Positions 62,010 through 64,000 of a stretch of 64,000 bases of DNA are shown piece by piece; position 1 is the first letter of the stretch; each line of letters opens with the position of its first letter. A program made the position numbers and the translations under genes. The notes beneath the pieces were generated by a model, which was not told the DNA's origin, did not search any database, and saw only the letters and a list, made by a program, of their open reading frames with translations. This stretch comes from Heterodontus francisci. Lineage: Eukaryota. The DNA is taken from NCBI RefSeq assembly GCF_036365525.1, contig NC_090404.1, forward strand, positions 4,030,001 through 4,094,000, in the 5' to 3' direction.

Positions 62010-63477
62010 CTAGGAAAGAATGTCAAATTGAACAATTTAGACTGTGATTCATGCTTATTCAGTAACCAGACATCTCGCAATTCGACTCCAGCTGGAAACT
62101 GATTCCAACATTTTCCGATTAAAACCTTCATCCACATTTGAGCTTCGATCAGTTACATCATTTGGTGATCATCACCTGTCGGTCCCCTGGTCAAGAACAC
62201 ACCTCTCTTTCAGGACTTGTCACATTACAAAAGTAAGAGCCTTTTGAAGTTATCTCAATAAGGTATTTTTCATTGGATTAAACTGAAAGAGGAGTTTCCC
62301 CGCTTTGTTCGGCCAATATTTATATCTAAATCAACAGCACTTGGTCAAAAAACACGCGGCATTTAGTTTTTGGAAATTTCTTCTCTGCAAATTGACATCT
62401 GGGTTTCGCCGCACCTCCACCTCCTCCCAGCGCCCCTCCCCACCACCAGCAGAGCACCCCGCACCCCCCCAACCCCCACTCCCCCTCCAAAAAAATAGCA
62501 ACTACTCTGAAAAAGTGCCATTGGAATGCGTGCTTATAAAATGAATTTAAGACTGTAAACTTGAATACCAGGCAAATTCATTCCATTATTTTCCCATAAA
62601 AACCTACAATACATCTGAGCATGCTTATGACCCAGGGTGATAAATTCATAGACATGATAGCTGAGAAGAAGGCCATTCGCTCCATCAGGCCTGTGAAAGA
62701 TGACTCCAGCGATCCCGCTGACCTTCCAATTCCTAATCTTCTTTTCAAAATTTCATTTTATCCAGCTATTTTAGATTCTATTTACAGCCCTCTTTCTGAT
62801 AGGACATTCCAGATCCTAACAACCCCCTGTGTAGAAGAGTAGATTCATCCCCTCTTCCTTCATTCTTTTGACGCTGATTTTAAATCAGTGCCCTCTACAG
62901 ACCAACTCACTGATCTGGGCAAATTGGTATCTGAATTTCTGTATAAAAAATTCATTATTCAAAACACCTCTAGCAGACTTCATTTTAATCTTCTATGTTC
63001 CCATAAGAATGAAGAACTTTTACAATAAATAGTTGAAGTCTACTTTAAAATATGGACTGAATCATTTAGTACACAGATTTCAGAGGGGAATTTTTACACA
63101 GCCTAGTTTCTGGAATTAAAGTTTTTAATGACTCGGCAATGACTCTAAGCTACCACTTTCCTTTTCAGTACTTGAAGATTGTGACTTCTGTTCTATATTA
63201 TTCGACTGAATGGATTCTCTGGAGTTTGCTTCTCCCTCCAACTCAAATAATAAACCGAATTAAATCCGATTCCTAAAAATCGGTCATTTGGACTGATGCG
63301 CTTTAAATGGTCCATTTAACTTTCCAAAGTATCTTCCCAGCCCTCACCAGTGAGAACTGGTGTTGCTGACTGTGTCGTTACAGACACATCTTCTTGCTGC
63401 TTGCACCGACAATAATGTGAACATCAGGACAGGTGTCTTCTACAAATATCTGATATTGTCATTACTTACACATTATA

Positions 63478-64000
63478 TGTCCTCAGTACCTTGCTCTACG
63501 GCAGCGAGGCCTGGACAACGTATGCCAGCCAAGAGCGACGTCTCAATTCATTCCATCTTCGCTGCCTTCGGAGAATACTTGGCATCAGGTGGCAGGACTA
63601 TATCTCCAACACAGAAGTCCTTGAAGCGGCCAACACCCCCAGCTTATACACACTACTGAGTCAGCGGCGCTTGAGATGGCTTGGCCATGTGAGCCGCATG
63701 GAAGATGGCAGGATCCCCAAAGACACATTGTACAGCGAGCTCGCCACTGGTATCAGACCCACCGGTCGTCCATGTCTCCATTATAAAGACGTCTGCAAAC
63801 GCGACATGAAATCGTGTGACATTGATCACAAGTCGTGGGAGTCAGTTGCCAGCATTCGTCAGAGCTGGCGGGCAGCCATAAAGACAGGGCTAAATTGTGG
63901 CGAGTCGAAGAGACTTAGTAGTTGGCAGGAAAAAAGACAGAGGCGCAAGGGGAGAGCCAACTGTGCAACAGCCCCAACAAACAAATTTCTCTGCAGCACC
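63478..64000 (+). mobile_element. RTE-clade LINE, 5'-truncated, in the J-CH1 intron
   Basis: Open frame VLSTLLYGSEAWTTY...FHLRCLRRILGIRWQD...RRLRWLGHVSRMEDGRIPKDTLYSEL. Confidence 0.88.

Noticed and set aside
62010-64000. JH or D segments of the IgM cluster
   Set aside because: No WGxG motif or RSS seen; they should lie beyond the window edge

Overview
This is vertebrate DNA from a cartilaginous fish. The IgM constant-region translation matches my recollection of horn shark (Heterodontus) mu chain. The window is part of an antigen-receptor region. The right end holds a complete, in-frame IgM heavy-chain constant gene on the minus strand (CH1-CH4, secretory tail, TM1, TM2); its V-D-D-J part lies beyond the right edge. 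Converging on it from the plus strand are four TCR V-alpha/delta-type pseudogenes, three with recognisable 23-RSS. More than half the window is non-LTR retrotransposon: many decayed CR1 LINEs, Penelope-like fragments (one with a minimal hammerhead ribozyme), SINEs and an RTE end. Two near-identical young full-length CR1 copies stand out. (i) ORF2 has no usable AUG and opens in the -1 frame exactly at a U_UUA_AAC slippery heptamer abutting the ORF1 stop. This junction is conserved in three CR1 subfamilies here and suggests programmed -1 frameshifting to an ORF1-ORF2 fusion. (ii) Their 5' ends are tandem arrays of a 217-bp CpG-rich monomer (about 17 versus about 2 copies), and both elements begin at the same Initiator-like position. 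All calls were made by eye; no searches were run.
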